Shown in pieces: positions 19,447-28,435 of a stretch of 64,000 bases of DNA. A program made the position numbers and the translations under genes. The notes beneath the pieces are model-generated. The model was given only the letters and a program-made list of their open reading frames with translations, ran no database searches and was not told the DNA's origin. This DNA is from Enterococcus phage VRE9_4, in the sequence record PP680570.1. One strand, written 5' to 3'. Position 1 is the first letter of the stretch. Each line of letters begins with the position of its first letter.

Positions 19447-20369
19447 TGTATGAAACAATAGTTATAGGTGGCGGACCAGGAGCGATGTCTGCCATTCTTT
19501 ATTTATCTCGGCTTGGTTTAAAAACTGCGTGGATCTATGGTTATGGTTTTGGAGGACAAATTCAAAATACAGAAGTTGTAGATAATTATCTGGGGAAGGG
19601 GAAAATTTATGCCCCAATCTTAGTAAAAGATATGTACTCTCATGTAGAAGACTTAGAACATATTACACAAATTTTTGGTATGGCTGAAGATGTTAATAAA
19701 ATTGATGATTCAACCTTTGTAGTTACTACTGATATGGGAGAAAAAATTAGTGGTAATACTGTATTGGTTGCAACTGGAGCTTCTCCTAGAAAACTTGGAG
19801 TTAAAGGAGAAGAAGATTTTGCTGGTTTTGGCGTCTCTTATTGTGCTATTTGTGATGCTCCTTTGTTTAAAGATAAAGAAGTAGCAATTGTTGGTGGTGG
19901 ACAAACTGCTTTAGAAGACGCACAAATCCTATCTCGTCATGCAAAAAATGTATATTTAATTCATAGACGACAAGAATTTAGAGCAACAAATGCTGAAGTA
20001 AAACAAGCAAAAAATACTCCAAATATCCATTTTCTCTTGGATACACAAGTTACTTCCATTATGGGAAAAGACGATGTTGATTTTATTGTTATTAATGAAA
20101 AGGGAATTGGTCATAGAACTTTATCAGTGGATGGTATTTTTATAGCTATAGGACAAGTTCCTCAAACTGATTTTTTAACTGAAAACTTTGATTATATTTT
20201 ACGAGATGGTTATGTAGAAACGATGAGGAATAATAAGGTAGAAGATTTAGGCATTTTTGCCATTGGGGATGTAGTTTATGGGAATAATAAACAAATTGCT
20301 ATTGCTGTAGGAGAAGGTGCAAATGCCGCAATAGAAATTAATAAATATTTATCAGACCCTAATTTTTGA
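19446..20369 (+). CDS. thioredoxin reductase-like FAD/NAD(P) disulfide oxidoreductase
   Basis: VIGGGPGAMSA FAD motif, CAICD redox cysteines, IVGGGQTALEDA NAD motif. Confidence 0.8.
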   Translation: MYETIVIGGGPGAMSAILYLSRLGLKTAWIYGYGFGGQIQNTEVVDNYLGKGKIYAPILVKDMYSHVEDLEHITQIFGMAEDVNKIDDSTFVVTTDMGEKISGNTVLVATGASPRKLGVKGEEDFAGFGVSYCAICDAPLFKDKEVAIVGGGQTALEDAQILSRHAKNVYLIHRRQEFRATNAEVKQAKNTPNIHFLLDTQVTSIMGKDDVDFIVINEKGIGHRTLSVDGIFIAIGQVPQTDFLTENFDYILRDGYVETMRNNKVEDLGIFAIGDVVYGNNKQIAIAVGEGANAAIEINKYLSDPNF

Positions 20370-20394
20370 TTTTTTATGTATAAAATGTTAATAT
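20366..20394 (+). promoter_or_regulatory. promoter TTGATT-N14-TGTTAATAT
   Basis: rigid architecture shared across window. Confidence 0.5.
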
Positions 20395-20424
20395 AAATAT
20401 ATAATAAAATAGGAGGACAAAATT

Positions 20425-21237
20425 ATGACTGTATATGCTATGTCAGATATCCATGGAAATTTTCAAGCCTTAGAAAAAGCTTTAGATTTCTTATTTAATA
20501 AAACAAAAATTTCTATTGGTGAGGATAAACTTATTTTTCTTGGAGATTATGTTGATCGTTCTCCTGATGGATATTCTGTTTTAAAAACTATTTATGACTT
20601 ACAGCAAAAATATGGAAAAGAAAACATTATTGTTTTAATGGGGAATCATGATGAAATGTTTTTGGAGTGGTTAAAAGAGCCCTCTAATACTCTTCATTTA
20701 ATTAATGATAAGCAATTAACGACTGTCAAAAGTTTTATAAAGCCTCTTAATAAGGGGTGGAACTTAATTTTTGATGGAGTAAATGCCATTTATGACATAA
20801 GTGATCCTAATAATCAAATTAAAGTTACACAAGAAGTTATTGATACAATTAAAACAGAATATAAAGAATTATTAGATTGGTATCAAAACTTAGATTATTT
20901 TTATGAATATGGAAATGCCTTGTTTGTTCATGCGGGTTTTGAAGAAGTGCCAAGTGGGCTCTGGACAGATTCCTCCAAAGACGAAATGACTTGGAAATAC
21001 CCAGCTTCTCTTGGTTATACTCCGTGGAATAGAGAAATTGTAGCAGGTCATATAATGACAAGAGAATTGCATCCAGAAGGAGTTCCCCAAGAGAAGAAAG
21101 ATTCAATTTATAGAGATAAGGATCATATTTTTATTGACGGGGCTGCGCCGATTACAAATCATATTAATATTTTGGCTTATGATGAAAATGGTTATTTATA
21201 CTATGATGCTGAGACAGGAGAAATTTTACCAGAATAA
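20425..21237 (+). CDS. PPP-family metallophosphatase (lambda Ser/Thr phosphatase / ApaH-like)
   Basis: SDIHGN, GDYVDRS, GNHD motifs. Confidence 0.8.
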   Translation: MTVYAMSDIHGNFQALEKALDFLFNKTKISIGEDKLIFLGDYVDRSPDGYSVLKTIYDLQQKYGKENIIVLMGNHDEMFLEWLKEPSNTLHLINDKQLTTVKSFIKPLNKGWNLIFDGVNAIYDISDPNNQIKVTQEVIDTIKTEYKELLDWYQNLDYFYEYGNALFVHAGFEEVPSGLWTDSSKDEMTWKYPASLGYTPWNREIVAGHIMTRELHPEGVPQEKKDSIYRDKDHIFIDGAAPITNHINILAYDENGYLYYDAETGEILPE

Positions 21238-21315
21238 CCTAACCTTTTTATTGTCATTATTAATTTTCCCTTTTTATTATCTTTAGCAGAGATAAATAAG
21301 GAGAGGAGAATTAAT

Positions 21316-21546
21316 ATGAGAATCAATGCAGATAAAATAAGAGAATATAGAGAAGAACATGGAATTAGCATCGATGAGATGGCTGAAATTCTTAATATAG
21401 ATGGAGAAGCACTTTATGAATACGAAAGTGGAGTTCCATGGTTTGAAGAAGATGCCTTAACTATTTTTACGATTAATAATATTTGTGATAATTTAGATTT
21501 TATTGCTATAGATGTTGATGAATTATTTGAAGAATATAATATTTAA
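21316..21546 (+). CDS. hypothetical acidic protein (76 aa)
   Basis: GGAGAGGAG SD. Confidence 0.5.
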   Translation: MRINADKIREYREEHGISIDEMAEILNIDGEALYEYESGVPWFEEDALTIFTINNICDNLDFIAIDVDELFEEYNI

Positions 21547-21556
21547 TTTTATAAAA

Positions 21557-21592
21557 TTCAACTATTGGATTTCCTTTAGTTGAATTTTTTTA
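21557..21592 (+). terminator. terminator TTCAACTA...TAGTTGAA + T7
   Basis: 8-bp stem, T-run. Confidence 0.6.
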
Positions 21593-21742
21593 TTTAAAAT
21601 TATATAATATATATATAAGTTAATTAAGGAAGGAAGTTGTTTAATGAAAGAAGAAATTTTGAACATCCTATTAGTTGATTTAAAAGAAGATTTAGATAGA
21701 GAATTAATTGTAGCAGTAGACTTACTTTAGGAGGCGAAAAGT

Positions 21743-22189
21743 ATAAAAAAGACTATTAAGATTCATGTAGATGGAAGTTACAAACAGAAAGTTAATCCTA
21801 ATGTAGCTGGTTGGGGCTTCTGCGTTGAAGCAGAAGAGCAAGAAGTTTTGTATACTGCTTCTGGTATCGTAAGCAATCCAGTCTCTAGACAGATTGACGG
21901 AGAAATTCAAGCCGCTAAGGAAGCTATTAATTGGTGCCTTGAAAATATTATAGATAAAGTAAATACAAAAATTGAAATATATCACGATTATGAAGGCTTA
22001 GGAAAATGGGCTGATAATCTTTGGAAGACAAATAAACCCTTAACTACAGAATATAAACTTTTTGTTTCTAATGCTCGATTCTCAGGACTTAAGGTTTATT
22101 TCATATGGGAAAAAGGTCATAATAATAATTTTTTTAATGAAATTGCAGATGAATTAGCAACTTCTGCCGTTGAAAATTCTGTTGGTTGA
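21743..22189 (+). CDS. RNase H-like protein (N-terminus lacks canonical start codon)
   Basis: KIHVDGSYKQKVNPNVAGWGFCV...IWEKGHNNNFFNEIADELA; AGGAGG SD at 21728-33 but only ATA in frame; track ORF starts inside the domain at 21848. Confidence 0.5.
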   Translation: MKKTIKIHVDGSYKQKVNPNVAGWGFCVEAEEQEVLYTASGIVSNPVSRQIDGEIQAAKEAINWCLENIIDKVNTKIEIYHDYEGLGKWADNLWKTNKPLTTEYKLFVSNARFSGLKVYFIWEKGHNNNFFNEIADELATSAVENSVG

Positions 22190-22221
22190 AATATCCAATA
22201 TAAAAAATAGGAGGTTTTAAA

Positions 22222-22947
22222 ATGAATAAAGATTTATTAGTAAAAGGTGTAAAAAGTACAGTAAAAACAGTAGAAACAAAATTAAATAGAAAAGTTCATT
22301 CTGTATATTTGACAGGTAGTGTTCTTTATGGGGTTTCTACTCCCGAAAGTGATTTTGATTTTAAGGTCTATGTATACCCCACTTTTTCAGATTTATGCTT
22401 TAACGAAAAGCTCTCTAAAGAGGTGGCTGTCAATGAAAACAATGTAGAACATGTCTCTGTAAGAGATGTTCGATTCCAGTATGATGAGCTCAATAAATTG
22501 TCCCTCAATAGTGCCCACTTACTTCATCCTCCTCTTTTGGGGAAAAGATTATTTACAAAAGAACAATTAACACAAGTTTTAGAAGAGAGAAAAGATAATT
22601 TTCTTTTTAGTCTTGCTGGTGTCTCTTTATCAGAGTCTAAAAATGAAGATTCAGGGAAAAAACTTTCAAGAATGTTATTGTTAGAAAATATGTTTACTAC
22701 TGTTTTAGAGGATAAATTTACTCTAAATTATTTCTTTGATAAAGATTCCTATAAAGAAGTATTGGTTAGAGAAAATCTTCATAGATATACAGACTTTGCT
22801 AAATTGACTCCTGAAGAATTGATGTTGACAGCCAAAGACTTTAAAAAACAATATAAGGTTGACTATAAAAAATTGGAGAATGTTTTAAAAAATCAATTAT
22901 TAGAAACAGTAAAAACATTTTACAATGTAGGAAAGGAAGTATATTAA
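22222..22947 (+). CDS. minimal nucleotidyltransferase-fold protein (Pol-beta superfamily)
   Basis: LTGSVLYGVSTPESDFDFKVY = hG[GS]-x10-DxD. Confidence 0.6.
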   Translation: MNKDLLVKGVKSTVKTVETKLNRKVHSVYLTGSVLYGVSTPESDFDFKVYVYPTFSDLCFNEKLSKEVAVNENNVEHVSVRDVRFQYDELNKLSLNSAHLLHPPLLGKRLFTKEQLTQVLEERKDNFLFSLAGVSLSESKNEDSGKKLSRMLLLENMFTTVLEDKFTLNYFFDKDSYKEVLVRENLHRYTDFAKLTPEELMLTAKDFKKQYKVDYKKLENVLKNQLLETVKTFYNVGKEVY

Positions 22948-23144
22948 TGTTTAACATATTAATTACAAAAGATATGGTAATGAATGGAATTACAATCAAA
23001 AATGTTCCTGTTAAACAATTAGAAGGTAAGGATGCTCCTGGAATTACAAAAGGGGTTGCTAGTAAAATTCAAGATTTGGTTTGGAAAGCTAATGCTCTTA
23101 AAATTGATGTAATAGATTTTAGCTATAATTTAGGAAAAGAATAG
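22947..23144 (+). CDS. hypothetical protein (65 aa)
   Basis: ATGT overlap coupling. Confidence 0.45.
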   Translation: MFNILITKDMVMNGITIKNVPVKQLEGKDAPGITKGVASKIQDLVWKANALKIDVIDFSYNLGKE

Positions 23145-23156
23145 GAGAGTTTTTTT

Positions 23157-23528
23157 ATGATTATTTATTATGATGAAGGTTTAGTGGAAGATTATATAGA
23201 CAAAAATATCGTTAAACCTGTATTAAAATTAATTGAACAGACAATAGAAGATGCTGGTAAAGATCCTTCAGAATGGGAATTTTTGAATTTATCTATTTCT
23301 TTAAATGATACTGAATTAAAGTATATTGAGGCTTTTGGAGAAAACAAATTTTATTTTCGGTTCATGGAAGAAAATATTCATGTGTATATTCGCAATAAAG
23401 AATTGTATATCACAAAAAAGAGAAGATCTGGAATTCAGCTTTCTGATTACTTAAACGAAGAAAATATGGAGCTAACAGCAAATCAAATTAGTGATTTTTT
23501 AGAACAATATTTTAAGGAGGAAGAATAA
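23157..23528 (+). CDS. hypothetical protein (123 aa)
   Basis: GGAGAG SD. Confidence 0.5.
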   Translation: MIIYYDEGLVEDYIDKNIVKPVLKLIEQTIEDAGKDPSEWEFLNLSISLNDTELKYIEAFGENKFYFRFMEENIHVYIRNKELYITKKRRSGIQLSDYLNEENMELTANQISDFLEQYFKEEE

Positions 23529-24389
23529 TTGAACACATTAAAAATGGATCATTTTGTTGCATCTAGTATTTCTGAAATCCTAGACAATGGAGTTAATTCT
23601 TTAGGAGCTCGTCCTAAATACGCCTCTGATGGAAAAACCGCTAATAGTAAATATATAACAGATGTATTTATCAAATTTTATTTAGATAAAGGAGAGTTAC
23701 CCATTAGTAGATTGCGTCCTGTATATACGGGATTAGCTAGACAAGAGCTTTTTTGGATATACCAAGATCAAACATCTGATTTACAGCCATTAAGAGATAG
23801 AGGGGTTCATTGGTGGGAAGATTGGGCTCTAGAGGATGGAACTATTGGACAACGTTACGGAGCAACAGTTAATCGCTATAATCTAATTGATAGATTAATA
23901 GAAGGGTTAGAAAAAAATCCATATAATCGTAGAAATATTATTAATTTATGGCAATATAAAGACTTAGATGAAACAGAAGGTTTAATGCCATGCGCTTTTC
24001 AAACTATTTGGGATGTTAGAGAAGTCAATGGAGAAACGTTTTTGGATATGAGTTTAATTCAACGCAGTTCAGACTTTCTTGTAGCTGGTATGGGTATTAA
24101 TCAAATCCAATATGTAGCATTACAAATGATGGTAGCTAAACATTTTGGGTGGAAAGTAGGAACTTTTTCTTGGCACGTAATGAACTTGCATATTTATGAT
24201 AGATATTTTGCTCAAGCTCAAGAATTAGTTACTAGATTTAAAAAGATGAACCAAGAGAAGCAAAAAGAAATTGAGTTTTATTTAGACGTTCCTGACAAAA
24301 CTAATTTTTATGATATAAAACCAAGCGATTTTGTACTAAATGGCTATTCCTCTGTAGGAGATCAGATGAAATTTGATATGGCAATTTAA
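23529..24389 (+). CDS. thyA: thymidylate synthase (ThyA family)
   Basis: NRRNIINLWQ, catalytic Cys in LMPCAFQ (Ala replaces usual His), SDFLVAGMGINQIQY with uracil-binding Asn retained; TTG start after AGGAGG. Confidence 0.8.
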   Translation: MNTLKMDHFVASSISEILDNGVNSLGARPKYASDGKTANSKYITDVFIKFYLDKGELPISRLRPVYTGLARQELFWIYQDQTSDLQPLRDRGVHWWEDWALEDGTIGQRYGATVNRYNLIDRLIEGLEKNPYNRRNIINLWQYKDLDETEGLMPCAFQTIWDVREVNGETFLDMSLIQRSSDFLVAGMGINQIQYVALQMMVAKHFGWKVGTFSWHVMNLHIYDRYFAQAQELVTRFKKMNQEKQKEIEFYLDVPDKTNFYDIKPSDFVLNGYSSVGDQMKFDMAI

Positions 24390-24398
24390 TAATAAATT

Positions 24399-24428
24399 AA
24401 GACACCTTAAATGGTGTCTTTTTTTTGT
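24399..24428 (+). terminator. terminator AAGACACC...GGTGTCTT + T8
   Basis: hairpin + T-run after thyA. Confidence 0.7.
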
Positions 24429-24499
24429 ACTTTTTGGCTATAGGATTTTAACGTATTTGAGCTAGGGAAGTCTCAAAAAATAAAAGGAAGGTGTAAAAT

Positions 24500-24814
24500 A
24501 TGTTTAAAGAAAAAGATTTACTTATTCCAATTGGCGTATTTACAGTCGGGGAGTCTAAAGAAGATTATATCGAAATGGACCCGTATGAAAAAGGTACTGT
24601 TGACAAGTTAAAAGAATATAATGAAAATGGCGTAGTAGAAATGACTGCAGAAGGCGAAAAGAAAGATTTTGATGGATATTCAAAAGGAGATTTCTTCTCT
24701 TTTGGAGATAAGGGATTCCCAGTAGTTCGAAGCAATGAAATTTTTACTAAACTAAATGTTGATGGACAATTACTATCATTCCCTAATCATAAACTTATGG
24801 AAGGTGATAAATAA
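24500..24814 (+). CDS. hypothetical protein (104 aa), translationally coupled to endolysin
   Basis: soluble, no TM (not a holin). Confidence 0.5.
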   Translation: MFKEKDLLIPIGVFTVGESKEDYIEMDPYEKGTVDKLKEYNENGVVEMTAEGEKKDFDGYSKGDFFSFGDKGFPVVRSNEIFTKLNVDGQLLSFPNHKLMEGDK

Positions 24815-26040
24815 TGACTCGTTTTTATAAAGGAATCGCTGGTCGTCGAGGAGCTAATCCATCAGGAGTAGTTATTCACAATGATGCAGGCTCTGTTTAT
24901 GCTAATGCTGCATTTTATCGTGGATGGTTACCTTCTCATGATGCAGAAAATGGTTTTGCTCATTATTATGTAGCTAGCGATGGAACATTCCAAGCAGAAG
25001 ATGAAATGAATATGGCATGGCATACTGCAAATTCAACTGGTAATGCGTATTATATCGGTATTGAAGCATGTCAGTCAATGGGACCAGAAAATATTTTTCG
25101 ACAAAATGAAGAAAATTCTATTAAATTAGCAGCCCAAATCTTAAAGAGATATGGTTTACAACCTAATAGAAATACTGTAAAATTGCACAAGCAATTTTCA
25201 CCAACTTCTTGTCCTCACCGTTCTGTTGCTTTACATGGTGATGGATACGTAATGCAAGATTATTTTATTGCTCGTATTAAATCTTATATGGGTTCTAATC
25301 CAACTCCAGCCCCAACCCCAGCACCAAGTACTGGAACTAGAAAATATAATATTGACCTAGTTAATATCAATTCAAAAGCTTTCCAAATCAAAGGTTGGTT
25401 TACCCCAGCTAAAGCTACGAAAGGTCAAGATATTTGGGTTTATATTATGAAAAAAGGTGGACCAGAAATTGCCCGCTTTAAAGCGAAAAAAATTCAACGT
25501 CCAGACGTTCAAAAAGCAGTTTCAAATCCTAACGGAGCAGATGTTGGTTTCCAAGTAGATGCTCCTACACCAGAAGGCGTTCTAGGGAAAGATTTTGATT
25601 TGTTGCTTCGTTACAATAACGATAACAAAGAAGAAATTCGCACTAAAGAGCATTGGAAAGCTCCTGCATTAATTAACGAAGGATATCTAGACAAAGTTGC
25701 TGGAGATGCTAAAGGTGTTACATTTGCTGGATGGCATCTAAATACACGTCAAAAAGATGGATTTAGACATTATCTATTTGTAACTGATGCAAAAACTGGA
25801 AAAGAATATGTACGATTCGATATTACAGGAGGGTCTTACTTAGCTTCTCCAGATATCGCTAAGAAATATGGTCCAGAAATCGCTCAACGTGGTAACTGCC
25901 GCTTCCATAATTGGTGCGCATTACCAGCAAATCATCCAGCTAGAGGTAAAACTGTTAATATTATTAGCCGTTATGCTCCTGCAAAAGAAATTGATACAAA
26001 AACTTCTACAGACAAACTGTGGGGAACTTATAGACTATAA
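24814..26040 (+). CDS. endolysin: N-acetylmuramoyl-L-alanine amidase (amidase_2/PGRP fold) + C-terminal cell-wall-binding region
   Basis: VVIHNDAG, AWHTANS, HKQFSPTSCPHRS zinc ligands; PTPAPTPAPS linker. Confidence 0.85.
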   Translation: MTRFYKGIAGRRGANPSGVVIHNDAGSVYANAAFYRGWLPSHDAENGFAHYYVASDGTFQAEDEMNMAWHTANSTGNAYYIGIEACQSMGPENIFRQNEENSIKLAAQILKRYGLQPNRNTVKLHKQFSPTSCPHRSVALHGDGYVMQDYFIARIKSYMGSNPTPAPTPAPSTGTRKYNIDLVNINSKAFQIKGWFTPAKATKGQDIWVYIMKKGGPEIARFKAKKIQRPDVQKAVSNPNGADVGFQVDAPTPEGVLGKDFDLLLRYNNDNKEEIRTKEHWKAPALINEGYLDKVAGDAKGVTFAGWHLNTRQKDGFRHYLFVTDAKTGKEYVRFDITGGSYLASPDIAKKYGPEIAQRGNCRFHNWCALPANHPARGKTVNIISRYAPAKEIDTKTSTDKLWGTYRL

Positions 26041-26052
26041 AAATAAGATTAA

Positions 26053-26084
26053 AAATACCCTTAGAAATAAGGGTATTTTTTTGC
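26053..26084 (+). terminator. terminator TACCCTTA-GAAA-TAAGGGTA + T7
   Basis: hairpin + T-run after endolysin. Confidence 0.7.
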
Positions 26085-26135
26085 TTTTTATAGATAAATT
26101 TGTTATAATAATAACAAATAGAATTAAAAAAGGAA

Positions 26136-26651
26136 GTGTTTTTATTGATTTATGCTGTAGCAGCAATTGGACCAAATGGAGAGTTAGGGCTAAATAATAA
26201 ATTAATTTACCATTCTTCAGAAGATATGAAAAGATTTAAAACTCTAACTTGGAATAGAAATATTTATATGGGGTATAAAACTTGGGAATCTCTGCCAGTA
26301 GAAGCATTACCCAACAGGATGAATACAGTGGTTCTGGATATGGAAAGAGGAATATCGAAAAAACTCCAGACAGCTATGAAAAACAATGACAATTTAAAAG
26401 TTATAGACGAGTCCATGTTTCTTGCTCTCTTGGAGATTCATTCATTGTCTTCAGATATTATTATAATTATTGGAGGAGGAAGATTATATTCTCAAACTCA
26501 ATATTATTGGGATAGGCTTTATTTAACCAAATTTTATGAATCAAAATTAGCAGATACGTATTTTCCAGAAATAGATTATGATAATTATACCATGAAGAGT
26601 TTCCAAAAGCAAGAAGATTGTGAATTTATTGATTTTTATCGTAAAAAATGA
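26136..26651 (+). CDS. folA: dihydrofolate reductase
   Basis: LIYAVAAIGPNGELG...YMGYKTWESLP, GGGRLY; GTG start (alt TTG 26145). Confidence 0.75.
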   Translation: MFLLIYAVAAIGPNGELGLNNKLIYHSSEDMKRFKTLTWNRNIYMGYKTWESLPVEALPNRMNTVVLDMERGISKKLQTAMKNNDNLKVIDESMFLALLEIHSLSSDIIIIIGGGRLYSQTQYYWDRLYLTKFYESKLADTYFPEIDYDNYTMKSFQKQEDCEFIDFYRKK

Positions 26652-26657
26652 TATAAT
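26629..26657 (+). promoter_or_regulatory. promoter TTGATT-N14-TGATATAAT (inside folA 3' end)
   Basis: rigid architecture. Confidence 0.55.
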
Positions 26658-26686
26658 TAATATATACTTAAAAAGGAGATAATAAA

Positions 26687-27088
26687 ATGGGAAAAATTGT
26701 AGAATATATTTTAGTTAATAAAGAATTAAATATGAGTGTTGGTAAAATCGCTGGTCAAGTTGCTCATGTACAAACAGTTATTGATAATAAAATTTTTGAA
26801 TTAGTTTCATCAGAAGAAATTCTTGACGAAGATATTATGGGTATTCGTTTTGATAAAGAAAAAGAAATAACCAATAATTATTATGATTGGTTTTATTCTG
26901 GATCTCAAACAAAAATTATCTTACGAGCCAAAGAAAAAGATTTGCTTAAAGCAATTGATATGGGAGCAGTATACATTAGGGATAATGGTTTAACTGAGAT
27001 TCCTTCAGGTTCATTAACAGCTGTTGGTTTTTTCCCACAACCAAAAGATAATTTAGTAGATTTTACCAAAAAATTCCAATTGTTGTAA
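26687..27088 (+). CDS. PTH2-family peptidyl-tRNA hydrolase-like protein
   Basis: EYILVNKELNMSVGKIAGQVAHV matches PTH2 N-terminal signature (VVRxDLxMxxGKxAAQxxHA). Confidence 0.55.
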   Translation: MGKIVEYILVNKELNMSVGKIAGQVAHVQTVIDNKIFELVSSEEILDEDIMGIRFDKEKEITNNYYDWFYSGSQTKIILRAKEKDLLKAIDMGAVYIRDNGLTEIPSGSLTAVGFFPQPKDNLVDFTKKFQLL

Positions 27089-27103
27089 AAGGAGATTAAT
27101 ATA

Positions 27104-27688
27104 GTGAAAATTATCGCATATGTTTTAATGGAAAGAACTTCCTATAACCAAACTTTTGTAAAACTCGAATTTAATTTAAAAGGTGAATTTTTGAGATGGT
27201 TAAAATTTATGGAAGAATTTGAGTCTTTAGAATTAAATAATTTACCAGATTCTAGACTAGATAATCTAATCGAAAAATGGTATCCTGAAGAAGAAGAAGA
27301 TATTTGTTATGATTTTGGTTTAATTGATAATCATGGAGAATATGTAAATTATATGTATTCAAAAGATTTCTTTATAGAAACCCATGACGGACTATATAAA
27401 AAACTTAATACTAATAGTTTAGACCAATTAGAATATTCAAAACAAGATTTAGATCTTGCATATCGAACTATTATACCAAAAGCCTTAGAGGATTATACTT
27501 CTTATGTTTTAGGATTAAATCCAACATTGGATGGGTTAATTCAATTTGGTAAACTTCCTGATTTACACAAATTTTTCCCTTCTTTGTATTCCTCTTTAGA
27601 TTTAATTTTAAAAGTGGTTGATACTTTCTTGGCAAAAGGGTACGAGGTTATCAAAAATTCTGAAGGCTGGTTTGTTAAAGTGTTTTAA
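27104..27688 (+). CDS. hypothetical protein (194 aa)
   Basis: GTG start behind AAGGAG. Confidence 0.5.
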   Translation: MKIIAYVLMERTSYNQTFVKLEFNLKGEFLRWLKFMEEFESLELNNLPDSRLDNLIEKWYPEEEEDICYDFGLIDNHGEYVNYMYSKDFFIETHDGLYKKLNTNSLDQLEYSKQDLDLAYRTIIPKALEDYTSYVLGLNPTLDGLIQFGKLPDLHKFFPSLYSSLDLILKVVDTFLAKGYEVIKNSEGWFVKVF

Positions 27689-27689
27689 T

Positions 27690-27718
27690 TTGATTTTTTT
27701 GGAATAAGATGATATAAT
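27690..27718 (+). promoter_or_regulatory. promoter TTGATT-N14-TGATATAAT
   Basis: rigid architecture. Confidence 0.55.
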
Positions 27719-27755
27719 ATTATTATAATAAATGATAAAAAGGAGAAAAAACATT

Positions 27756-27983
27756 ATGAAGAAAACAAAATTTTATGGAGTTGTCTCTACAAGTAAAAAA
27801 GTACGTGAGGTAGTGCGAACAAAAGATTCAAAAGGACGTTGGGCTTCTGAGGTTCAAGAAATTTCTCGTCCAATTGATATTTTAGTAACTTCTGATTTTA
27901 CTAATCGTATTGATGCTTTAAATGATATTGAAGCACAAGCAGCTAAATTAGGTACACTAAAATTTACTAGTGCTTTTAAATAA
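27756..27983 (+). CDS. hypothetical protein (75 aa)
   Basis: start moved to ATG 27756 behind AAAAGGAGAAAA. Confidence 0.5.
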   Translation: MKKTKFYGVVSTSKKVREVVRTKDSKGRWASEVQEISRPIDILVTSDFTNRIDALNDIEAQAAKLGTLKFTSAFK

Positions 27984-27995
27984 CATATAATATTG

Positions 27996-28024
27996 AAAGG
28001 GAATTTTTATAATTCCCTTTTTAC
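27996..28024 (+). terminator. terminator AAGGGAATT-TTTAT-AATTCCCTT + T4
   Basis: 9-bp stem. Confidence 0.65.
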
Positions 28025-28058
28025 ATAGAAATATAAAAATAAAGGAGAGTGGAGTTCC

Positions 28059-28205
28059 ATGAAAATTAAACCTTCTCACAAAATGAAATTGGATGAAGTA
28101 GGAGATTACCTACAAAAGGTTTCTCGTGGAGTAGGAACTATTAAGCCAAAAAAGGGTAAAGGCTCGTATAAAAGAAAGCCTAAACATAAAGGGAAGTGGG
28201 ATTAA
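28059..28205 (+). CDS. small Lys-rich protein (48 aa, not in ORF track)
   Basis: AAAGGAGAGTGGAG SD, ATG 28059. Confidence 0.35.
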   Translation: MKIKPSHKMKLDEVGDYLQKVSRGVGTIKPKKGKGSYKRKPKHKGKWD

Positions 28206-28435
28206 TGGATAAAGATATAAAATATACGATCTCAAGTGGAGGCGAAACAATTGGTTATTGGACGCAAGAAGAATATGAAATCTGGATGGCGAAGATTCAT
28301 GGTACTCACGAATACTCTGAAGAAGAACAAAGAAAAATTGAAGAAGTTAGAAAAAGATTAAATAATATATCTATGATAAAAAATAGTGATGGTAGTTATA
28401 GATTTATTAAAGAGGAGGAAAACAGTGTCGATTAA
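28205..28435 (+). CDS. hypothetical protein (76 aa)
   Basis: TAATG coupling. Confidence 0.45.
   Translation: MDKDIKYTISSGGETIGYWTQEEYEIWMAKIHGTHEYSEEEQRKIEEVRKRLNNISMIKNSDGSYRFIKEEENSVD

Noticed and set aside
4705-21106. Assorted antisense ORFs inside longer genes (4705-4932, 5202-5411, 5532-5738, 9396-9623, 11924-12232, 13865-14101, 17872-18054, 18709-19071, 19710-19904, 20849-21106, 20890-21090, 21722-21985)
   Set aside because: All lie opposite well-supported genes (nrdD, nrdG, trxB-like, phosphatase, paralogues and others). They have low-complexity translations and no RBS. Shadow ORFs of AT-rich DNA.
225-24389. Introns or inteins in nrdE, nrdD, thyA
   Set aside because: The reading frames are continuous, of normal length, and the conserved motifs are collinear. 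No insertion is evident.
24500-24814. Holin upstream of the endolysin
   Set aside because: The 104-aa protein translationally coupled to the endolysin has no transmembrane segment. The holin is probably one of the many small membrane proteins elsewhere and could not be assigned.
25868-26197. 109-aa ORF overlapping endolysin 3' end and DHFR start
   Set aside because: Out-of-frame overlap with two well-supported genes and a terminator. Spurious.
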